Below are positions 1 to 10,559 of a stretch of DNA of 64,000 nt, piece by piece (within the stretch, counting starts at the first letter, position 1; each line of letters begins with the position of its first letter). Under the pieces are notes generated by a model. It did not search any database. It saw only the letters and a program-made list of their open reading frames with translations, and had not been told where the DNA came from. Origin of the DNA: Anthoceros angustus (taxonomy: Eukaryota > Plantae > Anthocerotophyta); assembly GCA_010909165.1 (NCBI GenBank), contig MU008168.1, forward strand, positions 1,302,001 through 1,366,000, in the 5' to 3' direction. A program made the translations under genes and the position numbers.

Positions 1-981
1 CCAGATCTGCACGCACACCATTCCTTCACGGGTGGCCGCCTGGAGGTCCCGCCCTACGGCCAGGCACAGCAGCCGCTCCCGAACCTTCATGAGCCCCTTG
101 ACGACAAGTAATGTGTGGGAGAGGGGAGGCCTGGCCACAGCCGTCCAGCTCCACCTGCCCCGCTCCAGATCGTAGGTCACCAGATTGCAGTCATCGAGGG
201 CGCCGGCCAGGCAGTAGAGCACGCGACCCACAAACACCCCCAGGTGACTCCCGCGCCGGTCTAACATCCCCTCGGGCACCTCCAAGGGGCTGCTCGTCTC
301 ACACCATGTCCCCAGCGCAGAATCGAAGACGAAAGTGGAGACAGGTTTTTCCCTCTCCGCGGGACCCTGCCGAGTGTCCCTCACCGCCACCAGCTTGAAG
401 CAGCGCGCCCGGTCATCCACGAACAGGCCGCGCAAATCCGCCATCTTGAATTGACCTGGAAGGGCCGGCACGCGGGCCCAGGACCGCGCCAGCGGGTTCC
501 CCACATACGTTGTGCCCATCTCCCCCGCCTCCTGCTCCGTCGTGGACCTGAGGCACATGAGCACGCCGACGCCCCCGAATACTATTGGGAGCTCAATCCA
601 TACAATTATTCGAGACTCGGAGACTAGGGGTGGATCGGAGACGTGGGACGCTAGGGATGGCATCCATGATAAGCTCTCGAACTTGTACCAGGTGTTGGAG
701 GCGGGGTCATAGGCACACGAGGCGTCATACACCTCAGATGTGGAGCCTATGACGAATAGCATCCGTTCCCGCTCTCCCCCTCGCAATTCTAACCGCTCAT
801 GCCAGAAACCCCGCGACGATATTGCATCCTTCCACGCTCTGCATACGGCACGCGACCGTAGCAGGCTTCCTGGCGGAAGCTTTAGCAGGATCGTGATCAG
901 CAAGTCTTCATGCAGCTGGCTCCACACATCTACGCTCTCCACCGCATCCATCCCGGATTCTAACACCTTCTCGGCATCCAT
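1..981 (-). CDS. F-box protein with C-terminal beta-propeller/FBA-like region, 3'-partial (runs off window)
   Basis: Manual translation from ATG at 981 is open for 327 codons to base 1 (absent from the ORF track because it has no stop in the window): MDAEKVLESG...WSQLHEDLLITILLKLPPGSLLRSRAVCRAWKDAISS (F-box) ...YDPASNTW...VGNPLARSWARVPALP...FVFDSALGTW...GVFVGRVLYCL...VTYDLERGRW. Colinear with the paralogues at 4.4 kb and 7.2-8.7 kb. Confidence 0.85.
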   Translation of the reverse strand, partial: MDAEKVLESGMDAVESVDVWSQLHEDLLITILLKLPPGSLLRSRAVCRAWKDAISSRGFWHERLELRGGERERMLFVIGSTSEVYDASCAYDPASNTWYKFESLSWMPSLASHVSDPPLVSESRIIVWIELPIVFGGVGVLMCLRSTTEQEAGEMGTTYVGNPLARSWARVPALPGQFKMADLRGLFVDDRARCFKLVAVRDTRQGPAEREKPVSTFVFDSALGTWCETSSPLEVPEGMLDRRGSHLGVFVGRVLYCLAGALDDCNLVTYDLERGRWSWTAVARPPLSHTLLVVKGLMKVRERLLCLAVGRDLQAATREGMVCVQIW

Positions 982-1561
982 CGAGGATCCGAGCTACTAC
1001 GTGTCCATCCCAGACCCTAGTACCTCTGCGTCATCTCAATTGAACCTTCTCCCTCTGCATCATCTCAAACCTTCACGTTGCCGCACCCATCCCACACTCG
1101 TGTGTCCACCCCAAACCCTAGCACTTCCACATCCATATAAAACGCACTACATGTCAAACCTCCCGACACCACCAAGGTGACAAGGCTAACTATAACAAGC
1201 ACGAGGCTCTACGGTTGAACAATACCTCTGAAATATCAGTCTAACTTAGGATCCTCTTCTTCGGGAAACATGCACCCACAAAGACACAGTTGCCCTCGTC
1301 GGACCGCTTACAGAATTGCTTATGACCGCAGCCTCTTGCAGAAATTTTATTGCAGGGTTCCAAACCATTCATCCCCCGACACTTTCCAATAAAGGGCCAT
1401 GGAAAAAACTTTAAAAGCAAGAATAAAAAAATTAATCTGCAATCCGAAGTCAATCAATAGCATCTACGGTTTCATATTTATTTCCCGCTATATAAATCAT
1501 AAAAATAATTATTATTTCTATATAACATATACTTGGCCAATTTTTAGATAAAAATTTAATA

Positions 1562-1885
1562 AAGTCTATTCACCTTGTAACGAAGTCTATTCACCTCTTA
1601 ATGAAATCTATTCACCTTTTAACGAAGTTTATTCATCTTTAATGAAGTCTATTCACCTTTTAACGAAGTCTATTCACCTTTTAACGAAGTCTATTGACCT
1701 TTTAGCGAAGTCTATTCACCTTTTAACGAAGTCTATTCACCATTTAACGAAGTCTATTCATCTTTTAACGAAGTCTATTCACCTTTGAATGAAGTCTATT
1801 CACCTTTCAACGAAGTCTATTCACTTTTTAATGAAGTTTATTCACCTTTAATGAAGTCTATTCACCTTTTAATGAAGTCTATTCT
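1562..1885. repeat. Tandem array, 21-bp unit (AAGTCTATTCACCTTTTAACG), about 15-16 copies
   Basis: Direct inspection; the ORF 1785..2069 (NEVYSPF repeats) is a by-product of the array. Confidence 0.95.
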
Positions 1886-1991
1886 TTTCATTGTTTTTAT
1901 TGCTTCAATAATAACAACGATCCATCAAAATGCACCACGACTAAAGGCGCACAGGAGACGTGCACTACAAGGACTACTACCAAGACCTTTA

Positions 1992-2246
1992 CAATTGCAC
2001 ACGAGCTCTCACAAGCACAAGGCTAAGAGCTATGCAATTGCACACCAGCTCTCACAAGCACAAGGCTAAGAGCTATGCAATTGCACACCAGCTCTCACAA
2101 GCACAAGGCTAAGAGCTGCAATTGCACACCAGCCTCACAAGCACAAGGCTAAGAGCTATGCAATTGCACACATGCTGACAAGCACAAGGCTAAGAGCTAT
2201 GCAATTGCACACAAGCTCTCACAAGCACAAGGCTAAGAGCTATGCA
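1992..2246. repeat. Tandem array, 43-bp unit (CAATTGCACACCAGCTCTCACAAGCACAAGGCTAAGAGCTATG), about 6 copies
   Basis: CAATTG recurs about every 41-43 bp from 1992 to 2202; units are head-to-tail with no unique spacers. Confidence 0.95.
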
Positions 2247-3476
2247 ACAGGACTTGGCTCAAGCATCCAGCCATATGTGCCAAGAGGACTCTACAAGGCT
2301 CTTGAACATGGCTCTGATTTCATATACAAGAAAAAAAGCTGAGCCTTTATTGAGAGGGAACACGACACTCCCATAAAATGTGGGTTACATGCACTAGGCA
2401 CACTATATACTAGCTCATTAGCACACTTGCACATACCACACCTAATAGTTTTTTTCTTTTTGGTAAATAGTGATCACGTTAAATAGGATAAACCAAAAAG
2501 TCTGGGTACAAACGCTAGCAAAATGGAGTAGTCACTAAGCAAAAACAAGGATAACCAACTAAGCCATTGGAAAGAAGGACCTCGGAGAGAACAAAGATGA
2601 TGGAGATAACAATGATTCCAGATTTAGTCTTCAATATATCTATCTACATATATAAAATTATTTCAAGGAAAATATTACGTATTATATGTATATACTTGAA
2701 ACTTTAGAAGTAGCTTTACCAAAAGTTCTATTTAGTGGAATGTGGAGACTTTATAAAAAGAACGAGATGGGAAATCTCATCTACCCCGAGGCGAAAGGGG
2801 ACAACCCACTATGGGGCACCAGGCCAGGGACTTCCATCATCTTTGTTCTCTTTAGTAAACGAAGATGACATGGCTAATGTCGCCTACACGCTGCCAAAAA
2901 CCTGGCATGCATCTTCCACTGCACGGCATTTGCATATATGTTGATCAAGCAGTTGTCAGCAAGTGCTCAATGTGTGAGTGCAGCTGCATGCCTTTTTGGA
3001 AGGCACCAATTCTTTAGGCATTGAGAAGGCAAGCTCATTTAAGGAACATAGTTACGCCAAAAAGTAGGCCCTTCTTTATTTCTGGAAGGCACCAAGTCTC
3101 CAGGCATTGAGAAGGCAAGCAACATTGTTAAACCAAAAAGCAGGCCCTTCTGCCTCATTTGTCTGATGAGGTCTCTTAAACTGAAGACTAGTAGATGAGA
3201 AAATGCCTCAATTAGATCAATTCATGGATTTGACGCAGCTTGGTTGGTGTCCACTAAACACTTGTGCTCATGCCTCTTCTAATCTCTTTGGACAATATGT
3301 GCGGCTACATGCCCTGTTGTATAATTAGTACCAGTGCTCAAGGTAAGCAAATTTAAGCAGTAGTGTTAAACCAAAATGCAAGCCCTTGATAAGGCCTCAC
3401 GTCCCATCTGGCAATTTCATGTGAACACATTCTCTAGGCATGTTGTAAAAAATGTGGTAATATTAGGTAGCTCACC

Positions 3477-3546
3477 GTATTTTGCATTGGTTGTGAAGAA
3501 CCTAGAAACATGTATTTTGCATTGGTTGTGAAGAACCTAGAAACAT
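3477..3546. repeat. Perfect 35-bp tandem duplication
   Basis: GTATTTTGCATTGGTTGTGAAGAACCTAGAAACAT x2. Confidence 0.9.
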
Positions 3547-4430
3547 CTTACAGTTCCCATATTTTACAGTAACATATTTGTATAAATTTATTTCCAGATT
3601 TTATTTCAAATAAATGTATAAGTTTTCAGATTTATGACAAGCCAAAAAAGTCTATACTTTATACTTTTCTAGATATGTATAAGTTTTTAGATTCATGACA
3701 AGCCAAAAAGTCAATACTTTATGCTTTTCTATATATGCTACTAGACCCCGTCCTGGATCATGTTTGCTCATGAATCATCTTGTTTGTCAACTGATTAAAA
3801 CAAAACACAACTCAAAAGAAGAGTAAAATAAAATTGAAAAGAATTCTTGAAAAACTGATATAATTTTTAAATCAGCAGTTTCGTTTATCTCAAAAAGATT
3901 CATTTTGACTCGCTACTCTTTCGGTTTCGGTAAACAGTTAATTTTCAGGAATATTAAAATTCTAAATTTTCACTTTTGATATGGATCATATCATGTTCAT
4001 AATCTAAATTTAAATAACAATATCTAATAATTAAAATATTTATTAGAAATAATTATATGATTTATCGATTTAATCTTTATTAATTTAATCTTCACTCATA
4101 GAGTTCTTGGTCAACAAGGTTTAACCTGCATATAAGTAATAATCAACCGAGGTATGCAGTACAAGGATCGAATCTACTACCCACCTAGTGTACTAAATGT
4201 ATCATAAGGTAAACCCTAAAGAACCCAAACGTGTGGTAAACCCTACCGAAGATAAAACTAAATGAAGCTGAAGAAGGAGGATAAATTGTGTACCCTGACG
4301 GTTTAGTCTATTGTCCCTGGTGATTTGTTGTGTTTATCCCTTTGTGCTTTGTTCTGTCTCGAGGTGGTCGACCCGCGCTCACTGTGGCTGCAGCTGGAGC
4401 TTGGACATGTCGTCATCGCACGTTCCAGCA

Positions 4431-5747
4431 ATGCTAGGGTCTCGGATGGAGGAGGAGGAGGAGGATTCAGGCAACGAGTTACCTCAACAGATGGAGGAGG
4501 AGGAGGATCCATGCAACGACCTACCTCAAGAGATGGAGGAGGAGGAGGAGGAGGAGGAGGAGGAGGATCCATGCAACCAGCTACCTCTAGAGATGGTGAC
4601 AAAGATCCTGGCTCGGCTGTCGGTGCCGAGCCTGGTCCGGTCGCGAGCGGTGTGCAGAGAGTGGAATGAGGCGGTGTCATCGCGGCACTTGTTCCAGGAG
4701 CGGGTGGAATCGCGAGAGGGAGAGCGGGACCGGATGTTGCTGGTGGTAGGCTTCGTACGCGGGTCCGGCATCGCCTCTTGGGTCTACGACCGGTCGTCTA
4801 ACCGATGGCACAAGCTCCAGCTCCCGCCATGGCTGCGAGGCTCTCGAGCCAGGTCGGTGAAAATCCCGGACGTATCGCCGGACGGGGGCCTGGTGGTGTC
4901 CACCAGGTGCCCGGCGCAGGGCTTGGGCTTCCGCATCCTGCACCTGGGCAACCCGGTGACGGGCTCCTGGACCACCCTACCGGAGCTCCCACAGTTACTG
5001 CGGATCAATCACGTGCAGGGGATGTGGGCGGACACGGAGGCTGGCTCCTTCAAGCTGGTGGTTGTGGATGTGCAGTGGTGGGGCTTCCCGTTCGTCAACG
5101 GCCCCATCCACACCGGCGTCTTCGATTCCATGCTCGGGACATGGAGTGTGTCGACCTCCGCCTCGCCCATGCCCGACCAAGAGGCAGGCAGGTTCAACGA
5201 GTCCCAGGGGCCGTGTTTGTGGGCAGCGTGCTCTACTGCCTTACCACAGGGTGCAAGCTGCTGGCCTACGACCTGGAGCAGGCCAGCTGGAGCTGGTTGG
5301 CTGTGGCAACGCCTCCCGCTTCTGTTTGATTGACTGCAATGGGCCCGTCAACGTGCGGGGCCGGCTGCTGTCTTAGCCGAAGGCACGCGGACCCATGACA
5401 CAGTTCCGTATAATCATATGGAGATTTGGGAGCTGGACTTGGAGCGCATCGCCTGGACGGTGGTGGCCGCCATGCCCGTTCCCATGGTCAGTCACTTCTG
5501 GCGGTCTGGCCCGCGTCCGATTTTCGACCTATTGGAGTTCACGCCTGCGGATCGCCATGACCTCATCGTCGTGGCGGGGGACGACGAAGTTTACTTTATG
5601 CAGGAGGGGGGGGATCAAAGGATTGCGGCTCTCGATTTGCGAGGAACGCCTCCGGCATGGAGGTGGCTTCCCGCCTGCCCCAATAAATTTAAAAAGGGGA
5701 GTCTTCACTGCCTGGATCCTTGGCTGCAATTCGACTGCGGGCATTAA
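4431..5747 (+). pseudogene. F-box protein (paralogue 2), full-length but with about 3 frameshifts (about 5200, 5310, 5370); pseudogene or sequencing errors
   Basis: ORFs 4311..5333, 4805..5329, 5062..5376 and 5418..5747 tile one protein: LPLEMVTKILARLSVPSLVRSRAVCREW (F-box)...GAVFVGSVLYCL...DCNGPVNVRGRLL...MEIWELDL...DPWLQFDCGH*. The start is chosen at 4431, shared with paralogue 3; ATG 4407 is also possible. Confidence 0.85.
4446..4592 (+). repeat. Coding acidic repeat, 3 units of ME(n)D(S/P)(G/C)N(E/D/Q)LP(Q/L)(Q/E) with GAG tracts
   Basis: Translation of ORF 4311..5333. Confidence 0.9.
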
Positions 5748-7150
5748 GCGAGATTAGGCTAAAAATGACAGTGTTCGTTTTGTGCTAGGGATGTTGAGTC
5801 CTCACTGTTACGTCCTTGGCTGCAGCCTGCAATCCTGCAGCTTGAAGCAACATTGGTCGGAACATGCATTCAACAACTGTCTGCAGCAATCACTTGTAGT
5901 AGCGACATGTATATAGCTGTAGGCTAGCTAGCTTCAAATCCAGCTTTTGTCCACCTGTGTTCTGCAATCAAAGCATCCTTTTATCTCCAATACCTGCCTG
6001 GTCGGCGTGGCTGTGCTCCATCGAAGCCCAGGTGCTTGGTGTATAATTCAGCAAGGGTGCAACATGTATACGCATCACCTGCGATGCATATGTACCATGT
6101 GAGCGAAGTGCAAAATTAGGATGAGTTCATCACATCAAATGTGCATGCCATTGAAGCGGATTGCATGCAGCCAAGGAAGGAATTGCCTTGCAATTGATCG
6201 ATATCACTCAATTCCAGGATTCGAGCTGTTACAGGATTTGATGCAAGGAGCCCGAATCAGGCCCTCTTCCTCGCCATCTGTCAAGACAGAATTCCGTCGA
6301 GCAGAGTGATGCCATCCTCCTGCATACTTGCAGTCGTTTCGCTGGATATGCAGATGGGCCATGGTGCTTTTTCTTCCAAACCGAGCTCTCCGGCTATTAA
6401 GCCTGAACATAGGGATTGGAAATGGGCATCGTAACGGCTGGAACCGTGAGCATGTTATTCGCCCAGCCTGATACATCAGCCTGATGGTGCTACTTTACTT
6501 GCTTTTCGTTGCACGTCAGTCACGAGGGACTAGTATGCTACTGTCACGTGAGGGCCGAAGTCCTGTTGTGGGTTTGAGATGTTTGTTAAATGCCTGCAAA
6601 AGTCTTGGGGATGCGGAGAGCTATGTGGTGTTTTGAAAGCATTGTTGGGCTGGACCCCAGGAAGCGCGTGCATAGGTAGAGCGGACTGAAACACTGAGAA
6701 AGGTAGCAGAAGCTAGCAGGAAACCTGCAGTGGCGAGCATTGAGTTGCTACAAAGATTTCTGGTGGGAGAAGGAGAGGATTGCGTTAAAAGTAGCTAGAG
6801 CGCGAATGCACGTCTGAAGCAGGAAGCGGAGGTCACCTACCTCACGCGACGGTTGGTGTTGAAGCCATCTGTGCGAGAAGGAGAACATCCAGGATCATGG
6901 CGAATTCTTGGTCTACTTTCCAGGCAGGTATGGGAGGCAAAGGGTGTTTTGATTGCAGAACACAGCTAGACAAAAGCTGGATTTAAAGCTAGCTAGCCTA
7001 GAGCTATACATGCAGCTACTACAAGTGAATGCTGCAGACAGTTGTTGAATGCATGTTCCGACTGATGCTGGCTGCCAAATTGCAGGCTGCAGCCAAGGAT
7101 GTAAACAGTGAGGACTCAAGACTCCTAGCACAAAATGAATACTGTCATGT

Positions 7151-8658
7151 TTAGCCTAATCTGGCTTGATTCCCGCTGCCGAATTGCAGCCAAGGATCCA
7201 CGGAATGGAGACTCCCCTTCTTAAACTGATGGTCGGGCCCGGCGGGAAGCCATCTCCAAGTCGGAGTCGCTTCTCGCAAATCGACAGCCGCAATCTTGTC
7301 CCCCCCCTCCCGTTTAAAGTAAACTTCGTCGTCCCCGCCACGACCATGATGTCATGGCGATACGCAGGCGTGAAGTGAAATCCGTCGACGATCGGACGCG
7401 GGCCAGGCCGCCAGAAGTGACTGACCATGGGAGCGGGCATGGCGGCCACCACCGTCCAGGCGATGCGCGCCAAGTCCAGCTCCCAAACCTCCATAGCATT
7501 ACACCGAACTCTGTCATGGGTCCTGCGGTCCTTGCCCACGGCCAAGCACAGCAGCCGGCCCCGCACGTTGACGGGCCCGTTGCAGTCAAGCAAACGGAAT
7601 GGGCGAGGCCGGGCCGCCACAGCCAACCAGCTCCAGCTGGCCTGCTCCAGGTCGAATGCCAGCAGATTGCACCTTGTGGTAAGGCAGTAGAGCACGCTGC
7701 CTACAAACACGGCCCCATGGACCTGGTTGTACCTGACTGCCTCCTGATCGGGCATGGGCGAGACGCAGTGTTTCACACTCCATGTCCCCAGCTTGGAATC
7801 GAAGACGCCGGTGTAGATGGGATCGTCGATGATCAGGAAGCCCCACCACATCACGTCCACAGCCACGAGCTTGAAGGAGCAAGCCTCGGCGTCCACCCAC
7901 ATCCCATGCACGTGATCGATCCGCAGGAGGTCTGGGAACTCCGGTAGGGTGGTCCAGGAGCCCGTCACCGGGTTGCCCAGGTGCGGGATGCCCACGTCCC
8001 AGCCTTGCGCCGGGGACAAGGTGGACAGCACCAGGCCACCGCCCGGCGATATCTTCGGGGAGCTTCACCCACCTGGCTCGAGAGCCTCGCAGCCATTCGG
8101 GGAGCTGAAGCTTGTGCCAGCGGTTGGATGACGGGTCGTAGACGCAAGAGGCGATGCCAGAGTCGGGTAGGAAGCCTACCACCACCAGCATCCGGTCACG
8201 CCCTCTCGCTCGCGATTCCACCCGCTCCTGGAACAAGGGCCGCGATGACACCGCCTCCTCCACTGTCTGCAAACCGCCCGCGACCGTATCAGGCTCGGCA
8301 CCGACAGCCGAGCCAGGATCTTTGTCACCATGTCTTGAGGTAGCTCGTTGCATGCATCGTCCTCCTCCTCCATCTGTTGAGGTAGCTCGTTGCCTGAATC
8401 CTCCTCCTCCATCTGTTGAGGTAGCTCGTTGCCTGAATCCTCCTCCTCCATCTGTTGAGGTAGCTCGTTGCCTGAATCCTCCTCCTCCATCTGTTGAGGT
8501 AGCTCGTTGCCTGAATCCTCCTCCTCCATCTGTTGAGGTAGCTCGTTGCCTGAATCCTCCTCCTCCATCTGTTGAGGTAGCTCGTTGCCTGAATCCTCCT
8601 CCTCCATCTGTTGAGGTAGCTCGTTGCCTGAATCCTCCTCCATCCCAGACCCTGGCAT
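7151..8658 (-). pseudogene. F-box protein (paralogue 3), full-length but with about 3 frameshifts (about 8250, 8045, 7335)
   Basis: ORFs 8176..8772, 7586..8770 and 7156..8031 tile one protein colinear with paralogue 2. Where paralogue 2 has TAA this copy has CAA, extending the C-terminus by QARLG to TAA at 7151-7153. Confidence 0.85.
8332..8643 (-). repeat. Coding tandem repeat, 39-bp unit (MEEEDSGNELPQQ), 8 units (6 identical)
   Basis: TGAGGTAGCTCGTTGCCTGAATCCTCCTCCTCCATCTGT repeated on the + strand; see ORF 8176..8772. Confidence 0.97.
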
Positions 8659-9619
8659 TGCTGGAACGTGCGATGACGATATGTCCAAGCTCCCAGCGGC
8701 ACTCGAAGTGAGCGCGAGTCGACCTCCTCGAGACGCAACAAAACACAAAGGGATAAACACAACAAAGCACAAGGGTTGTAGACTAAACCTTCAGGGTCCA
8801 CAATTTATCCTCGTTGGTGAGGGTCATTAGTTAAATCTTCGTTAGGGTTTACCTTAGGGTACGATTCCTTTGGGATTATTAGGGTTTATTTAATTTAGTA
8901 AATTAGGTAGATAGTGGAGTCGATTCCCATATCTTGATTGATTGTCATTTAGATGTAGCTCAAACCTGTCTACCAAGAACTCCTTGCTAATGGATAGGGT
9001 CCAAAATTGAATCAATGAATCATATGATTATTTATAATAAATATCAATAAATTATAGTATAGGTGATCTATATTAAAGTGACTGATTAGCGTTTCAATAA
9101 AGCTGAAATTGAGAGTCCAAAAGTTTTAATTAATGTCGTGAAAAATGAAAAGTAGGTGAAAGTCACCAAGTCTTCCAAAACCAAAGAGTAATGAGTCAAA
9201 CGAGTGTCATCCATATAGAGGAAGCCACTAATTTAGATATTACATCAGTTTCTCAAGAATTCTTTTGAATTTTGTTTTATTCTACTTATGAGTTGTACCC
9301 TATTTCAATTAGTCAAGGAACAAGGTGATCAATCAACAAAACATGATCGATGAGGGATCTCAAATATATCTAGAAAAGTATGATATATAAACTTGGCTTG
9401 TCATAAATCATTTATCAATAATTATGTACAATATCCTATGTATTTATGGTAGTTTAAATTATATAACTATTAATTTTATAAATTTATATATATATAACTT
9501 GTCACAAGAAAAATCTCTATATATTCTATATTTATATATATATTTGAAGCTTAAGCCTTGAAGCTTTAATAAAAGTGCTTCTTTAATAAATAATGATAAT
9601 ATAGCTAACCTTACCCGTT

Positions 9620-9905
9620 GGATGTGTGTCACCATCGAGGTAGCTAGTTGCAAGGATCTTCCCTCCTCCTCTTGAGGTAGCTAGTTGCAAGGATCTTCCC
9701 TCCTCCTCCATCTCTTTGAGAGGCTAGTTACCCGGATCCTCCTCCTCCATCTCCTTAGCTAGCTATCGGGATCCTCCTCTTGAGGTAGCTCGTTGCATGG
9801 ATCCTCCTCCTCCTCCATCCGAGACCACAGGATTGCTGGAGTGTGCTATAGCGGCCGTGAGAGTGAGCGGGTCGACCACCTAGAGATGTAACAAAGCACA
9901 AAGGG
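9620..9905 (-). pseudogene. 5' fragment of a fourth F-box paralogue (leader plus about 4 degenerate acidic repeats, truncated at start of F-box)
   Basis: The reverse complement reads MEEEEDPCNELPQEED...CN*LPQ...MVTHI and then diverges into AT-rich DNA; the leader (AAAGCACAAAGGGGATAAACACAACAAA) matches 8745-8770. Confidence 0.75.
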
Positions 9906-10189
9906 GATAAACACAACAAAGGACAACGTTGGTCACCCAAATTTCCGGATGACAAGACCGCATTTCTAGTTGTGAACGCGATTGGGTATCCTTTGACTCC
10001 AGCCTTTTATGTGCAACCATGCTTGGAAGATGCGGGATGGATTTTCCGAGGGACTTGGTCATCACACACACAGTATGGCCAATCCTCACGAACTGGTGAA
10101 CCTCATCCGGCTTAGACTAGTACTATTCGTCAGCAAACGACTTGGAAGTGATCCTCAATGTCGCGAGTTTAAGGTGAAAGTTTGATGAT

Positions 10190-10545
10190 TGTTACCACGG
10201 TTTCAAGCGCGCCACGGCTTTCCAATTGTGCTCATGATATCGTTGGTGCGAAACAATATAAAGGAGAAGGGCTGGAGGTGGTTCCCTCCCTCCGCAGAGA
10301 GAAAGCTACACCTCCATTCCTACGATACGGATGAGGGAGGTGGGGAAATGCCATCCTTCGTAAAATATTCAATGCATTCGATCGGTCTCAATGAGAACAA
10401 GGGAGTCAATCACATTTAGCATCAGACATTGAGTTTTATGTTCTGTGAAACGGGTGCACGAAGTAACTGGTGACATAACGCTTCGTGCTGAACTACTAGC
10501 TGAAACGTGCCCTAAATTAGGCTAGCGATACTATTTATCTCAACA
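10190..10545 (-). repeat. Copia 3' LTR (TGTTG...TAACA, about 356 bp), preceded by PPT AGTGGGAG (10546-10553)
   Basis: The PPT and TGTTGAGA start lie directly after RNase H. The far end (GGTAACA at 10190) is inferred because no second LTR is present for comparison. Confidence 0.6.
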
Positions 10546-10559
10546 CTCCCACTTAGTGA

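Larger units (their letters stand above)
3629..9409. repeat. Inverted duplication of an F-box gene with flanks: arms about 3629-6001 and 6920-9409, 918-bp spacer
   Basis: 5750-6001 matches the reverse complement of 6920-7150; the promoter-side motif GATTTATGACAAGCCAA at 3629 matches the reverse complement at about 9393-9409; the coding regions align throughout. Confidence 0.9.

Noticed and set aside
1992-2246. CRISPR-like array (also considered for 8332-8643 and 29374-29700)
   Set aside because: Units are contiguous with no unique spacers, no cas genes are present, and the context is eukaryotic.
2560-2945. Possible LINE (zf-RVT) remnant
   Set aside because: Only a vague CxC...ED...F pattern on the minus strand; not enough to support a call.
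6002-6919. Gene in the spacer between the inverted F-boxes (ORFs 6121..6309, 6204..6476)
   Set aside because: Short, with no recognisable motif; a faint VCRRxASL resemblance to an F-box is not convincing.
4303-8830. Many overlapping ORFs (e.g. 4303-, 4325+, 7354+, 8154+, 8325-) as separate genes
   Set aside because: Antisense or alternative-frame shadows of the GC-rich F-box CDS and its repeats.
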